Part shown: in pieces, positions 50,466-57,937 of the stretch
How positions within the stretch are numbered: the first letter of the stretch is position 1
How the letters are laid out: every line of letters begins with the position of its first letter
IMG/VR virus record: IMGVR_UViG_3300011115_000874
Location: 1 to 64,000 of that record
DNA from: a virus
Direction: 5' to 3' (one strand)
DNA: 64,000 bases
Program-made: the position numbers and the translations under genes
The notes under the pieces: model-generated
What the model was told of the DNA's origin: nothing
What the model saw: only the letters and a program-made list of their open reading frames with translations
The model's database searches: none

Positions 50466-51269
50466 TTAGGCAGCAAACTCAGCTGCTAACTCATATAACT
50501 TAGCATTCAAATCTAAATCTTGTTTGAAGTTCTTAATCTTACGAGCCTTTCTAACCTTAGCTCCTGATTGGTATTCAAACATTCCTTGAGTAATTTTTTC
50601 TTGAATCACATTAAACACACTCCACAAATCAGTACCACGGTCTTCAGGTCTAGTAGCTGTAGTTAAGGCGTTATAATCAATTGCAATGTTTTGCGCTTGT
50701 TCTTCACCAAAACGTATTTGAACTGCTTTACGAGCAAACTCTAAAATTTGTTCTTGGGCCAGTTGCGTTTGTTTGAATTGATTCATTGACTCAACTGCTA
50801 ACGGTAACGCTTCTACCATTGTATTAATAACAGTTTGTAACTCTGTAAAATCATATCCGTAGTGACGAATCTTCATATTCTCAAACTCTTGAGTTGAAAT
50901 TACTAAACCATTCTCACAAATCATTCGAAACAAACCAGCAGTGAATGTAAACGCATTTTTACCATCATGACTATTAGTTAATAGAATTTGTGGAAAAACA
51001 TTATCACCATCTGCACCCTCAATGAACAAATCATTGTTACGAAACACTACTAAGTGTTTTTGAAATCCTTCACCTTTACGGGCGCGTACTTGTTTAACGT
51101 CTACTACACCCCATCCTAACTCTTCCATATCATCAATGATCTGTTTAGTTGAGATATGTGAATACTTCTGACTAGTACCTGGAGCACTTGTAGTTGTGAA
51201 AATTGAACTTGCTTTCTCTTTAATTTCAGAAGCAGTTAAAAACGTGTTGTTGTTTAAATCTAGTGGCAT
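50466..51269 (-). CDS. DUF932/DUF945-family protein
   Basis: LTNSHDGK..AGLFRMICENGLV..IRH; DLWSVFNVIQE. Confidence 0.85.
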   Translation of the reverse strand: MPLDLNNNTFLTASEIKEKASSIFTTTSAPGTSQKYSHISTKQIIDDMEELGWGVVDVKQVRARKGEGFQKHLVVFRNNDLFIEGADGDNVFPQILLTNSHDGKNAFTFTAGLFRMICENGLVISTQEFENMKIRHYGYDFTELQTVINTMVEALPLAVESMNQFKQTQLAQEQILEFARKAVQIRFGEEQAQNIAIDYNALTTATRPEDRGTDLWSVFNVIQEKITQGMFEYQSGAKVRKARKIKNFKQDLDLNAKLYELAAEFAA

Positions 51270-51291
51270 AACCTTTATTTATTTATTTTAT

Positions 51292-51588
51292 TTATAATTC
51301 GTTAATTAATGAACACATACGACTAATTGTGTTTCTGTATTTTTCTCTATAATCCATTCTCCATGGATCCCTATCTATATCCTGAGCTAAAAGAACTGCC
51401 TGGTCTGCATATATCTTTAACTTCTCAGATGTAGTGCCTTCAAATTCACCTTCTAAGGCGTCAATTGTAGGTACAATAAATATCTTTTGAACTGCCTTAC
51501 GGCCTCTTTTTTTAGGTTCAGCTGTGCTTACTTCTAATTTAACTTCTTGTTTTTTTGTCCCTGGTGGACGACCTCTTCTTTTTTCCAT
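51292..51588 (-). CDS. AT-hook DNA-binding protein
   Basis: KRRGRPP and KKRGRK motifs. Confidence 0.65.
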   Translation of the reverse strand: MEKRRGRPPGTKKQEVKLEVSTAEPKKRGRKAVQKIFIVPTIDALEGEFEGTTSEKLKIYADQAVLLAQDIDRDPWRMDYREKYRNTISRMCSLINEL

Positions 51589-51651
51589 AACCTTTATTTG
51601 TGTTTTTAATTATACCTAAATATAACATCCTTATCCTGGTGAGCCAAACTT

Positions 51652-51825
51652 TTAGTTGAATAGGCTAAGAATAGTAATAATGATAAAAAATATTGTAAAA
51701 TTAAAAACAAGACTACGTGAAACATTAATTACTTCTTCTTTAAATGTAGGCTTTACTTCAGCTTGTTGAGTGAGAATCATACGTGTAATCACTACTCCTA
51801 AAATCAAAATCATAATTGCGTTCAT
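51652..51825 (-). CDS. Small two-TM protein, 57 aa, not in ORF track
   Basis: MNAIMILILGVVITRMIL..LVFNFTIFFIIITILSLFN; own promoter at 51855-51886. Confidence 0.65.
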   Translation of the reverse strand: MNAIMILILGVVITRMILTQQAEVKPTFKEEVINVSRSLVFNFTIFFIIITILSLFN

Positions 51826-51938
51826 AGTCGTTGTTATTAATTATTATTATGAACTAAATATAACATCAACTCACCAGGAAGCCAAACACTCAACCGGAAA
51901 GGTCACAAGAAAATACTAGAACGTTGAAAATTAATGGA

Positions 51939-52898
51939 TTAGACGATTTCTAGGATAACATCGTCACCTACCTCACGAATCACTGCCAAAGCATCCTGAG
52001 TCGCTACTACTATAACTGGGTAGTTATCATCATCATTCAACCCAACCATTTGCATTAAATCAGCTCCTTCAATTACTTCCTCAATTGAACCAGCTTGATC
52101 TACAACTGCGTCTAACTCAGTTACTTTAATTTTTGTAGTTGATTCATAAATACCATAATCACCTTTAGATAATGATAACCCAGATAAAGCTTGTTTAATA
52201 TCAAGTAACACTTGAGGTGGATCAGTAGATAGTATTAAGTGGTCTACCCCTATACCTTCCATCAAACTAGAATTACTTATATCCTCAGGGGTGAATGGAA
52301 CAATAATTCCTCCTACTTCACCTCCAATAAAATTACCTTGTTTTAAACCTATAGGAGCTAACTTACTAATCCATAAACTCCAACTACCTGGGTATAAGAT
52401 GTTATCTGAGAAAATTGTTTTATATGCTTCTAATAACATAGTATACATCTTAATACCCAATCCTTTACCGCGGTACTTCGGGCTAACGTACGTTAAATGT
52501 ATCTCTGCACCAGGTAGGCGATATGGTTTAGTACGCCCAGAATTCGCATTGATGTATATTTTCTCCACCTCTACTTGTCCTATAACATAATCATCTAAAG
52601 TAGTGCCTTTAGTATTTACTAAATATAAAGTACCACGGTAAGTTGAAGGTACTATAAACTCAAAGTCACCATCAGCTGTGATAACACTTTTTTTAATCAT
52701 ACGAGGATTAAATGTAGCATCAGGCTTTAGATTAAAGTCCTCAGAGTTAAACTTACCTCTACTAACAGTAAAGAACTCATCTTCAGGTATTTGAAAGTCT
52801 TCTAAGAATGCAATCAATACTTGTTCTAAAGTAATGTTATCATCTAGATCGCCACCACGTAGGTCTAATTCTTTAAGTAAGTCGGTTAATTTAATCAT
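51939..52898 (-). CDS. GNAT acetyltransferase with MIKL leader
   Basis: YVSPKYRGKGLGIKMY acetyl-CoA motif A; MIKLTDLLKE. Confidence 0.75.
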   Translation of the reverse strand: MIKLTDLLKELDLRGGDLDDNITLEQVLIAFLEDFQIPEDEFFTVSRGKFNSEDFNLKPDATFNPRMIKKSVITADGDFEFIVPSTYRGTLYLVNTKGTTLDDYVIGQVEVEKIYINANSGRTKPYRLPGAEIHLTYVSPKYRGKGLGIKMYTMLLEAYKTIFSDNILYPGSWSLWISKLAPIGLKQGNFIGGEVGGIIVPFTPEDISNSSLMEGIGVDHLILSTDPPQVLLDIKQALSGLSLSKGDYGIYESTTKIKVTELDAVVDQAGSIEEVIEGADLMQMVGLNDDDNYPVIVVATQDALAVIREVGDDVILEIV

Positions 52899-52900
52899 AA

Positions 52901-53950
52901 TTAAAAATTCTTGCTGATTTCATCAGCTAATTGAGGTGATTTAGGAATAGTACTATGTAATGCATCAATTGGTATTACTTTTGATGACGCGTTTGTAGTT
53001 GCTTTTTTAGCGTTTTCTTCTTCTGTTTTAATTTCTTCAGGTGTTTTAGCACCTTCTTTTTTCTTAGAAGCAATTAATGATATTACTTCAACACCATTTA
53101 AGGGTCCTAATTTTTTACCTCCTGGTAATTCTCGTCCTAACCCTGCTTTCTTTTTAGTATCGTTAGTAGCGAACCATTTATAATCTATTGGATCTCCTTC
53201 TTTAAAAGTTTTACCTTTCACAGTGGGTGCTTTATTACTATATCGTTTTTCAAAATTTGTAGTATCAAATTTATCTTCTATTATCCAAGGATCTGATTGT
53301 TTAATATTAGATGCTTGTTTCTTGATTCCACTATCAGATGGAGGGAAATTACTACCAACGTATTCTATATATTTTCCTTCATTACTCTTTTTAAAACCAT
53401 CTAACTCATCATCAGTATAAAAAGTTTTAATCTTTTGTTCCTCAGTTGGTGAAAGATCACCTCCAACTCTATTCTTTACAAATACACTTAATGGTTGAGC
53501 AATTGCTACTCTAGGTTTATTACCTGCTACCATGTTATCAATAAAACTATCTGTACTATCAGCTATACCACTATCTATAAAGAATAATTTGTTATTAAAT
53601 TTCTTAGAGTCTAATGCTTTTAACTCTTTAGCTAAATGCCAAGCCATAGCACCTCCAATAGAAAAACCACCTACTCCAAATTTACTTATGTTAGGATTAC
53701 TTTCAATCTCATTAGCAATGTCTTTAGCATATTTTCTTACATCTAATTCATTAGCAAAATCAGCAGTATAAACAGAAAAATTTTTACCTAAATTATTTGC
53801 TAATGTAGTAAAATCACTTCCACCTTGACCTCCTCCAGCTCCAGAACCAGGTAAGAGTATGAGTGTGTTAGCTCCACCTTTAGATAAAGCGTAGAGTTTA
53901 GGTTTGTTTTCCTCTATTACTTCTTTTAATAAGTGGGTTAGTTTTATCAT
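52901..53950 (-). CDS. Alpha/beta hydrolase (thioesterase-like) with MIKL leader
   Basis: LLPGSG oxyanion region, GFSIGG nucleophile elbow, FFIDS, C-terminal His (ALHSTI). Confidence 0.75.
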   Translation of the reverse strand: MIKLTHLLKEVIEENKPKLYALSKGGANTLILLPGSGAGGGQGGSDFTTLANNLGKNFSVYTADFANELDVRKYAKDIANEIESNPNISKFGVGGFSIGGAMAWHLAKELKALDSKKFNNKLFFIDSGIADSTDSFIDNMVAGNKPRVAIAQPLSVFVKNRVGGDLSPTEEQKIKTFYTDDELDGFKKSNEGKYIEYVGSNFPPSDSGIKKQASNIKQSDPWIIEDKFDTTNFEKRYSNKAPTVKGKTFKEGDPIDYKWFATNDTKKKAGLGRELPGGKKLGPLNGVEVISLIASKKKEGAKTPEEIKTEEENAKKATTNASSKVIPIDALHSTIPKSPQLADEISKNF

Positions 53951-54026
53951 GGTTATAAATATTTAAAAAGTAAGAGAGGTCCATATGTGGACCCCATCTT
54001 ATTGCACTTTAATACGTATATACGAT

Positions 54027-54197
54027 TTATAGGCAAGCTACAATAGCATCACCAATAGCGTATATAAGGGACAGTGTTGACCATCCTAAGAAAAACCAAG
54101 ATGATTTATACCAAAATGTTTTTGGTTCATCTTTCCATACATGAATGTTAAGCGCGTGTAGGCCTGTTAGTAGTGCCCATCCAATAATTGATATCAT
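54027..54197 (-). CDS. Small membrane protein, 56 aa, not in ORF track
   Basis: MISIIGWALLTGLHALNIHVWK..WFFLGWSTLSLIYAIGDAIVACL; starts 1 nt after the upstream stop. Confidence 0.6.
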   Translation of the reverse strand: MISIIGWALLTGLHALNIHVWKDEPKTFWYKSSWFFLGWSTLSLIYAIGDAIVACL

Positions 54198-54198
54198 A

Positions 54199-54438
54199 TT
54201 ATTCTATTGTTAAGTTATCTTCTTGTAACATTTCTCTAATAACGTCTCTTAGACGGTAACATACATCCATTTCCTCAGATGTTGCTTCACCTTGACCTTG
54301 TAGCGCAGCTCCATACTTATGGACACTACGCAATTTTTGGTCTAGTTCCCAAATGAGATGTCTATACTTATATCCGTCTATTGCAGCACGAGCATCATTT
54401 TCTTCGTCTTCTGTAAATTCTAATATTATTTTTGCCAT
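54199..54438 (-). CDS. Hypothetical protein
   Basis: 79 aa; own promoter. Confidence 0.7.
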   Translation of the reverse strand: MAKIILEFTEDEENDARAAIDGYKYRHLIWELDQKLRSVHKYGAALQGQGEATSEEMDVCYRLRDVIREMLQEDNLTIE

Positions 54439-54488
54439 ATGTTTTTATTTTAAATATAACATTGTTTAGCCTGAAAGCCAAACTTTAG

Positions 54489-54594
54489 TAGTCAGGACAG
54501 GAATCGAACCTGCTTCAGCTTTATCATTTTGAGTGCCATTAGCTGTTAATCTCAACCCTGGAAGGTGCCGCGCTTTCCAAAACGCCACCTGACT
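54489..54594 (-). ncRNA. 106-nt tRNA-like RNA with aberrant anticodon/variable region
   Basis: Acceptor AGTCAGG/CCTGACT-A, D arm GCGT-TTTGGAAA-GCGC, T arm GCAGG-TTCGATT-CCTGT. Confidence 0.75.
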
Positions 54595-54597
54595 ATA

Positions 54598-54681
54598 TTA
54601 GTTTATTAAGAATAGTAAAACGAATCCTCCTGTTCCAATAAACAATATCCAAAACAACGACCATTTTTCTTCATTTTTCAT
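54598..54681 (-). CDS. 27-aa single-TM peptide between tRNA-like RNAs
   Basis: MKNEEKWSLFWILFIGTGGFVLLFLIN; A-rich leader. Confidence 0.55.
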   Translation of the reverse strand: MKNEEKWSLFWILFIGTGGFVLLFLIN

Positions 54682-54697
54682 AACTTTTTAATTTTAG

Positions 54698-54773
54698 TAG
54701 TCAGGACAGGATTCGAACCTGTACTCGGTGATACATTCTAGATTGCTCATTCCGATGCCAACTTTACCTGACT
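54698..54773 (-). ncRNA. 76-nt tRNA-like RNA lacking a canonical D arm
   Basis: Same acceptor AGTCAGG/CCTGACT-A; T arm ACAGG-TTCGAAT-CCTGT; single long irregular central stem. Confidence 0.75.
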
Positions 54774-54778
54774 ATGTT

Positions 54779-54984
54779 ACTATTAGTTCTTTAGCATTCT
54801 ACTCCCAGCTTGAGGAATTGTATCTAACTTAGCCCTACTCACGCTGTGCGGGTACTAAAGTTAACTAATAGTTGCCTTTTTGAACGACGTCGAGAAGGCT
54901 AACTCTATCTCCTATACGATGAGAACAGTTACTTGAGCTTATGTCAGAGGCTTACTGTGTTTTACGATCCCCTCGCGAGCGGGG
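54779..54984 (-). ncRNA. Putative structured non-coding RNA
   Basis: ACTATTAGTT/AACTAATAGT and CTTTAG/CTAAAG closing stems plus four further hairpins; no ORF in track. Confidence 0.5.
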
Positions 54985-55269
54985 CTAATTTTTATTATCA
55001 AAAACTACTCCATCTTGGTTTTCCATATAGATTCGTTTTCCATCTTTATCATATGTGGTTTTGAACCAATATCCATTATCATCTTCATGATATGTCACTT
55101 TCTCTTCAATGTGATTATGTATTAATTTTAATATCCAAGCGTTTTCGTGCTCATATACACCACATACAATACCTGCTTCTTCTTCGGTGTCATAGTATTT
55201 TATAATACCATCTTTATCCTTCATAAAATCCATAGTTCTAAGATCTATGATTACGTATTTACCTTCCAT
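54985..55269 (-). CDS. Hypothetical protein
   Basis: 94 aa ORF. Confidence 0.6.
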   Translation of the reverse strand: MEGKYVIIDLRTMDFMKDKDGIIKYYDTEEEAGIVCGVYEHENAWILKLIHNHIEEKVTYHEDDNGYWFKTTYDKDGKRIYMENQDGVVFDNKN

Positions 55270-55271
55270 AA

Positions 55272-55400
55272 TTATCCTAATAATTTAACTATAACAGGAC
55301 ATAATAACGCTATTACCATAAATAAATAAATTGGAAATGGATCTATTGGGTAACAAGCTTCCTCCATTTCCTGGTGAAATCTTTTAATTAATTTCTTCAT
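55272..55400 (-). CDS. Small TM protein, 42 aa, not in ORF track
   Basis: MKKLIKRFHQEMEEACYPIDPFPIYLFMVIALLCPVIVKLLG. Confidence 0.55.
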   Translation of the reverse strand: MKKLIKRFHQEMEEACYPIDPFPIYLFMVIALLCPVIVKLLG

Positions 55401-55412
55401 AACTTTTGATTT

Positions 55413-55520
55413 TTAAATTATTCCATTTTGAACTAAATTTAGGATTGTAATCCCAACTATTCCACCTACAAGAAATCCTATTAAAAATGCATTAAATTGT
55501 TTTTCTTCAATCTTATTCAT
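55413..55520 (-). CDS. Small TM protein, 35 aa, not in ORF track
   Basis: MNKIEEKQFNAFLIGFLVGGIVGITILNLVQNGII. Confidence 0.55.
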   Translation of the reverse strand: MNKIEEKQFNAFLIGFLVGGIVGITILNLVQNGII

Positions 55521-55524
55521 AATC

Positions 55525-55782
55525 TTAAAATCGTGCTAAAGGATCTGAAGTGATGATACCACCATCTTTTTCACCTCGTGAAGTTAACATTTGCTCCTGT
55601 GGTATTACTTCCACTATAACACCGTTAGCAGTGAATTTACCACCCTGCTTTAGCAACTTCGTGAATAGCGTTGCGTGCTTAGGTTCCCATGTTTTACTCG
55701 CCTCTATGACAGCTGGTTTCTCTACTACCTTACCATCGAACTTGATGGTAATACCTTTTCTAATTGCTCTTGATGAAATCAT
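55525..55782 (-). CDS. Hypothetical protein
   Basis: 85 aa; own promoter. Confidence 0.7.
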   Translation of the reverse strand: MISSRAIRKGITIKFDGKVVEKPAVIEASKTWEPKHATLFTKLLKQGGKFTANGVIVEVIPQEQMLTSRGEKDGGIITSDPLARF

Positions 55783-55972
55783 ATGTTTTTATTTTATATC
55801 TAAATATACGTATATACTTCCCGATAGCCAAACCTTTTGTTAAAGGAGTTCTTTTGAGTTTTACGATTGTTGGTTGAAGGGATTATTTCGGAATCGTAGT
55901 GTACTGTTGATAATATATATGTATATACAAATCGATTCGTAAAGATCGTTTACGATCTGAGAATTGATCCAC

Positions 55973-56075
55973 TCGCGGGAGTTTCAGGACTACCGGGTAT
56001 ATGGATATCAACGCGCATGGTAGCGCTTACGTCGTACTGTATATGTACATACCGTGTACACGCGCACTCCCGCGA
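55973..56075. other. GC-rich structured non-coding element
   Basis: 10-bp inverted repeat TCGCGGGAGT/ACTCCCGCGA enclosing CTACC/GGTAG and GTACA/TGTAC hairpins. Confidence 0.5.
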
Positions 56076-56085
56076 CATAGGAAGA

Positions 56086-56250
56086 TCAAGCGTGGTCAGA
56101 AATGTAAACCACTTCTTCACTGGTCAACGACACCGAAATTTGCTCGGCGATCGTCTTCACTAGGTTAGGTGACAGTTCACCATGTGGCACTTGCTGGCGA
56201 TGGACCTCCATCATCACTAGTGCGGCGTTGTAGCTCATTGTTGTCATCAT
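56086..56250 (-). CDS. Hypothetical protein, 54 aa, not in ORF track
   Basis: MMTTMSYNAALVMMEVHRQQVPHGELSPNLVKTIAEQISVSLTSEEVVYISDHA; ATGA overlap. Confidence 0.55.
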   Translation of the reverse strand: MMTTMSYNAALVMMEVHRQQVPHGELSPNLVKTIAEQISVSLTSEEVVYISDHA

Positions 56251-56432
56251 GCTTGGAAGTATGATTGGATGAATTCATTACACATATCAGCTGTGCCTAC
56301 CATTCGAACAGCACCATTCCAGTCTAGTACCTCATAGGCGGGTGAGCTTGATGGGCAGTTAGAATAATTGTCTTCGGGGAACTGGCTCATTGTTTTACCA
56401 GTGGATTTGATTTGAAATCGTTTCATGTTCAT
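56247..56432 (-). CDS. Hypothetical early protein
   Basis: 61 aa; TAAAACATATG leader. Confidence 0.6.
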   Translation of the reverse strand: MNMKRFQIKSTGKTMSQFPEDNYSNCPSSSPAYEVLDWNGAVRMVGTADMCNEFIQSYFQA

Positions 56433-56441
56433 ATGTTTTAA

Positions 56442-56684
56442 TTAGTGTTTAATATCGTAACTGAATAAGTAACCACAATCGTCATCATAAAAATCTATCT
56501 CACGCGTTACCAGATCACCTAATTGATCTAATATTGTTTGGTCTAGCGGTTGCCAGTAACCAACTCTTAAGTAACGATTGTTGTCTCGGAATTGGATATC
56601 GTTCTGCTTGATACCATTGTTGGTTAAGATGTTCTCGATTGTTCTTTCAATCGTGGTTTGAGGTGCTTCGTTTTCTAATCTCAT
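56442..56684 (-). CDS. Hypothetical early protein
   Basis: Start reassigned to MRLENE downstream of promoter 56709-56740. Confidence 0.65.
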   Translation of the reverse strand: MRLENEAPQTTIERTIENILTNNGIKQNDIQFRDNNRYLRVGYWQPLDQTILDQLGDLVTREIDFYDDDCGYLFSYDIKH

Positions 56685-56747
56685 GTTATATGTGTTTTTA
56701 ATTATACCTGAATATAACATCACCTGATCGGGAAGCCAAACAAGAGG

Positions 56748-57296
56748 TTACTTACTTATGTACCATCTATCACTGTTATACCTAGCGATGTCATTTGTCT
56801 CTGCTAGCAAGCGGTATTGATGACCTACACTGGTATGTATTTCATCCATAGCGTCTGACACCAGTAAACGTTCACCTAACAACTGTGCGAACATGTCGTT
56901 GGACCTGTCTACTGTGTTCTGGTCTGTGTATATCTTGAAGTAAGACGCTTCCGCTACCTCGCTGATGAACATCCCGGAGTACATACCCTTGAGCTTATAT
57001 CTGTTAACAAACTGGTCGGCGTTGCACCAGATGAATATGCTGTTGTCCTTAGCCGCTAGTGCTTCGGCCACCAGTGAGTCCACAATGTACATACCTGATC
57101 TGAATCCTGATACGTTCAACAGTCCACCTGGTGTTCCATGGCCTAACATGATCACCTGATCGTGTTCATCTATCATATCCATGAGCTCGAGTCGGCTACA
57201 TCCTGTAGTCACTAATGTGACATCAGGTAAACGATTGTATATTGGCGCTAGGAAGTCTGTGGACTCGTCTGTCGGGTGTATTACTAATCGTTTCAT
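56748..57296 (-). CDS. Possible caspase/gingipain-fold protein
   Basis: VIMLGHG and IFIWCNA, His-Gly and Cys each after a hydrophobic strand. Confidence 0.5.
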   Translation of the reverse strand: MKRLVIHPTDESTDFLAPIYNRLPDVTLVTTGCSRLELMDMIDEHDQVIMLGHGTPGGLLNVSGFRSGMYIVDSLVAEALAAKDNSIFIWCNADQFVNRYKLKGMYSGMFISEVAEASYFKIYTDQNTVDRSNDMFAQLLGERLLVSDAMDEIHTSVGHQYRLLAETNDIARYNSDRWYISK

Positions 57297-57557
57297 TTAT
57301 GCTGTTGTATTATTATCCTTACTGGCTATCATATTCATGACCTCGAGTACCTCGTCTGGTGAACACCATCCGCGGACATCATCATGCTCGCTCAATTTTA
57401 TCCACCCACCTGGACCCCATGCTGCGATTTCAGCTGTGGTCTCACCTCCATCTGAGTAATTGGTTTTACTGAATTGGACACTTATAGTGTATCCATTTTT
57501 GAATGTCATATGGAACCCATTATTGTATTCGTTTTGTGTTGCTCTAAATTTACTCAT
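57297..57557 (-). CDS. Hypothetical early protein
   Basis: FKNGYTISVQF..AEIAAW..DVRGW pattern. Confidence 0.65.
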   Translation of the reverse strand: MSKFRATQNEYNNGFHMTFKNGYTISVQFSKTNYSDGGETTAEIAAWGPGGWIKLSEHDDVRGWCSPDEVLEVMNMIASKDNNTTA

Positions 57558-57817
57558 ATGTCTAATGCTTTTCTTTGTATATTAATAAACCACTCAATTG
57601 TCTCACCATCCTCCTTAACCTTATCACTAGTGTCATTTAAAACGCAAACGTCAAAACGTGATTTGTGATACTCAATACTGTCATGATAATTTTTATGATC
57701 AGGTTTGATAAACGTTACTCGTCCTCCGTCCCCATCATCTACTACCTCGTAACCTAATCCTGTTACCATTTCAAATACTAGCTTGTTAAGCGCTTTTCTT
57801 GATTCTGTTTTGTTCAT
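57554..57817 (-). CDS. Hypothetical early protein
   Basis: 87 aa; own promoter. Confidence 0.65.
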   Translation of the reverse strand: MNKTESRKALNKLVFEMVTGLGYEVVDDGDGGRVTFIKPDHKNYHDSIEYHKSRFDVCVLNDTSDKVKEDGETIEWFINIQRKALDI

Positions 57818-57886
57818 GTTCGTGTTATTTAATTATGACTAAATATAACATCACTCTCACCAGAGGCCAAACCTAGGTACGGAAAA

Positions 57887-57903
57887 GGGCCCCAATGGGG
57901 CCC
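57887..57903 (-). terminator. Hairpin terminator
   Basis: GGGCCCC-AAT-GGGGCCC followed by TTTT on the minus strand. Confidence 0.75.
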
Positions 57904-57937
57904 ACATCCTATATAATTAAAAACACACACATGCTAC

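Larger units (their letters stand above)
599..53961 (-). promoter_or_regulatory. Putative late promoter TATTTAT(A) on the coding strand, 19 copies
   Basis: Plus-strand (T/G/C/A)ATAAATA at 599, 2735, 4307, 8559, 13349, 16489, 19254, 21819, 22423, 26080, 30980, 38506, 41154, 42591, 46192, 48687, 49860, 50408, 53954; nearly all 3-20 nt upstream of a minus-strand start, including portal, baseplate and holin genes. Confidence 0.75.

Noticed and set aside
56086-56250. Hairpin-rich stretch as an extension of the 55973-56075 element
   Set aside because: It is an open frame coupled by ATGA overlap to the upstream gene, so coding is the simpler reading
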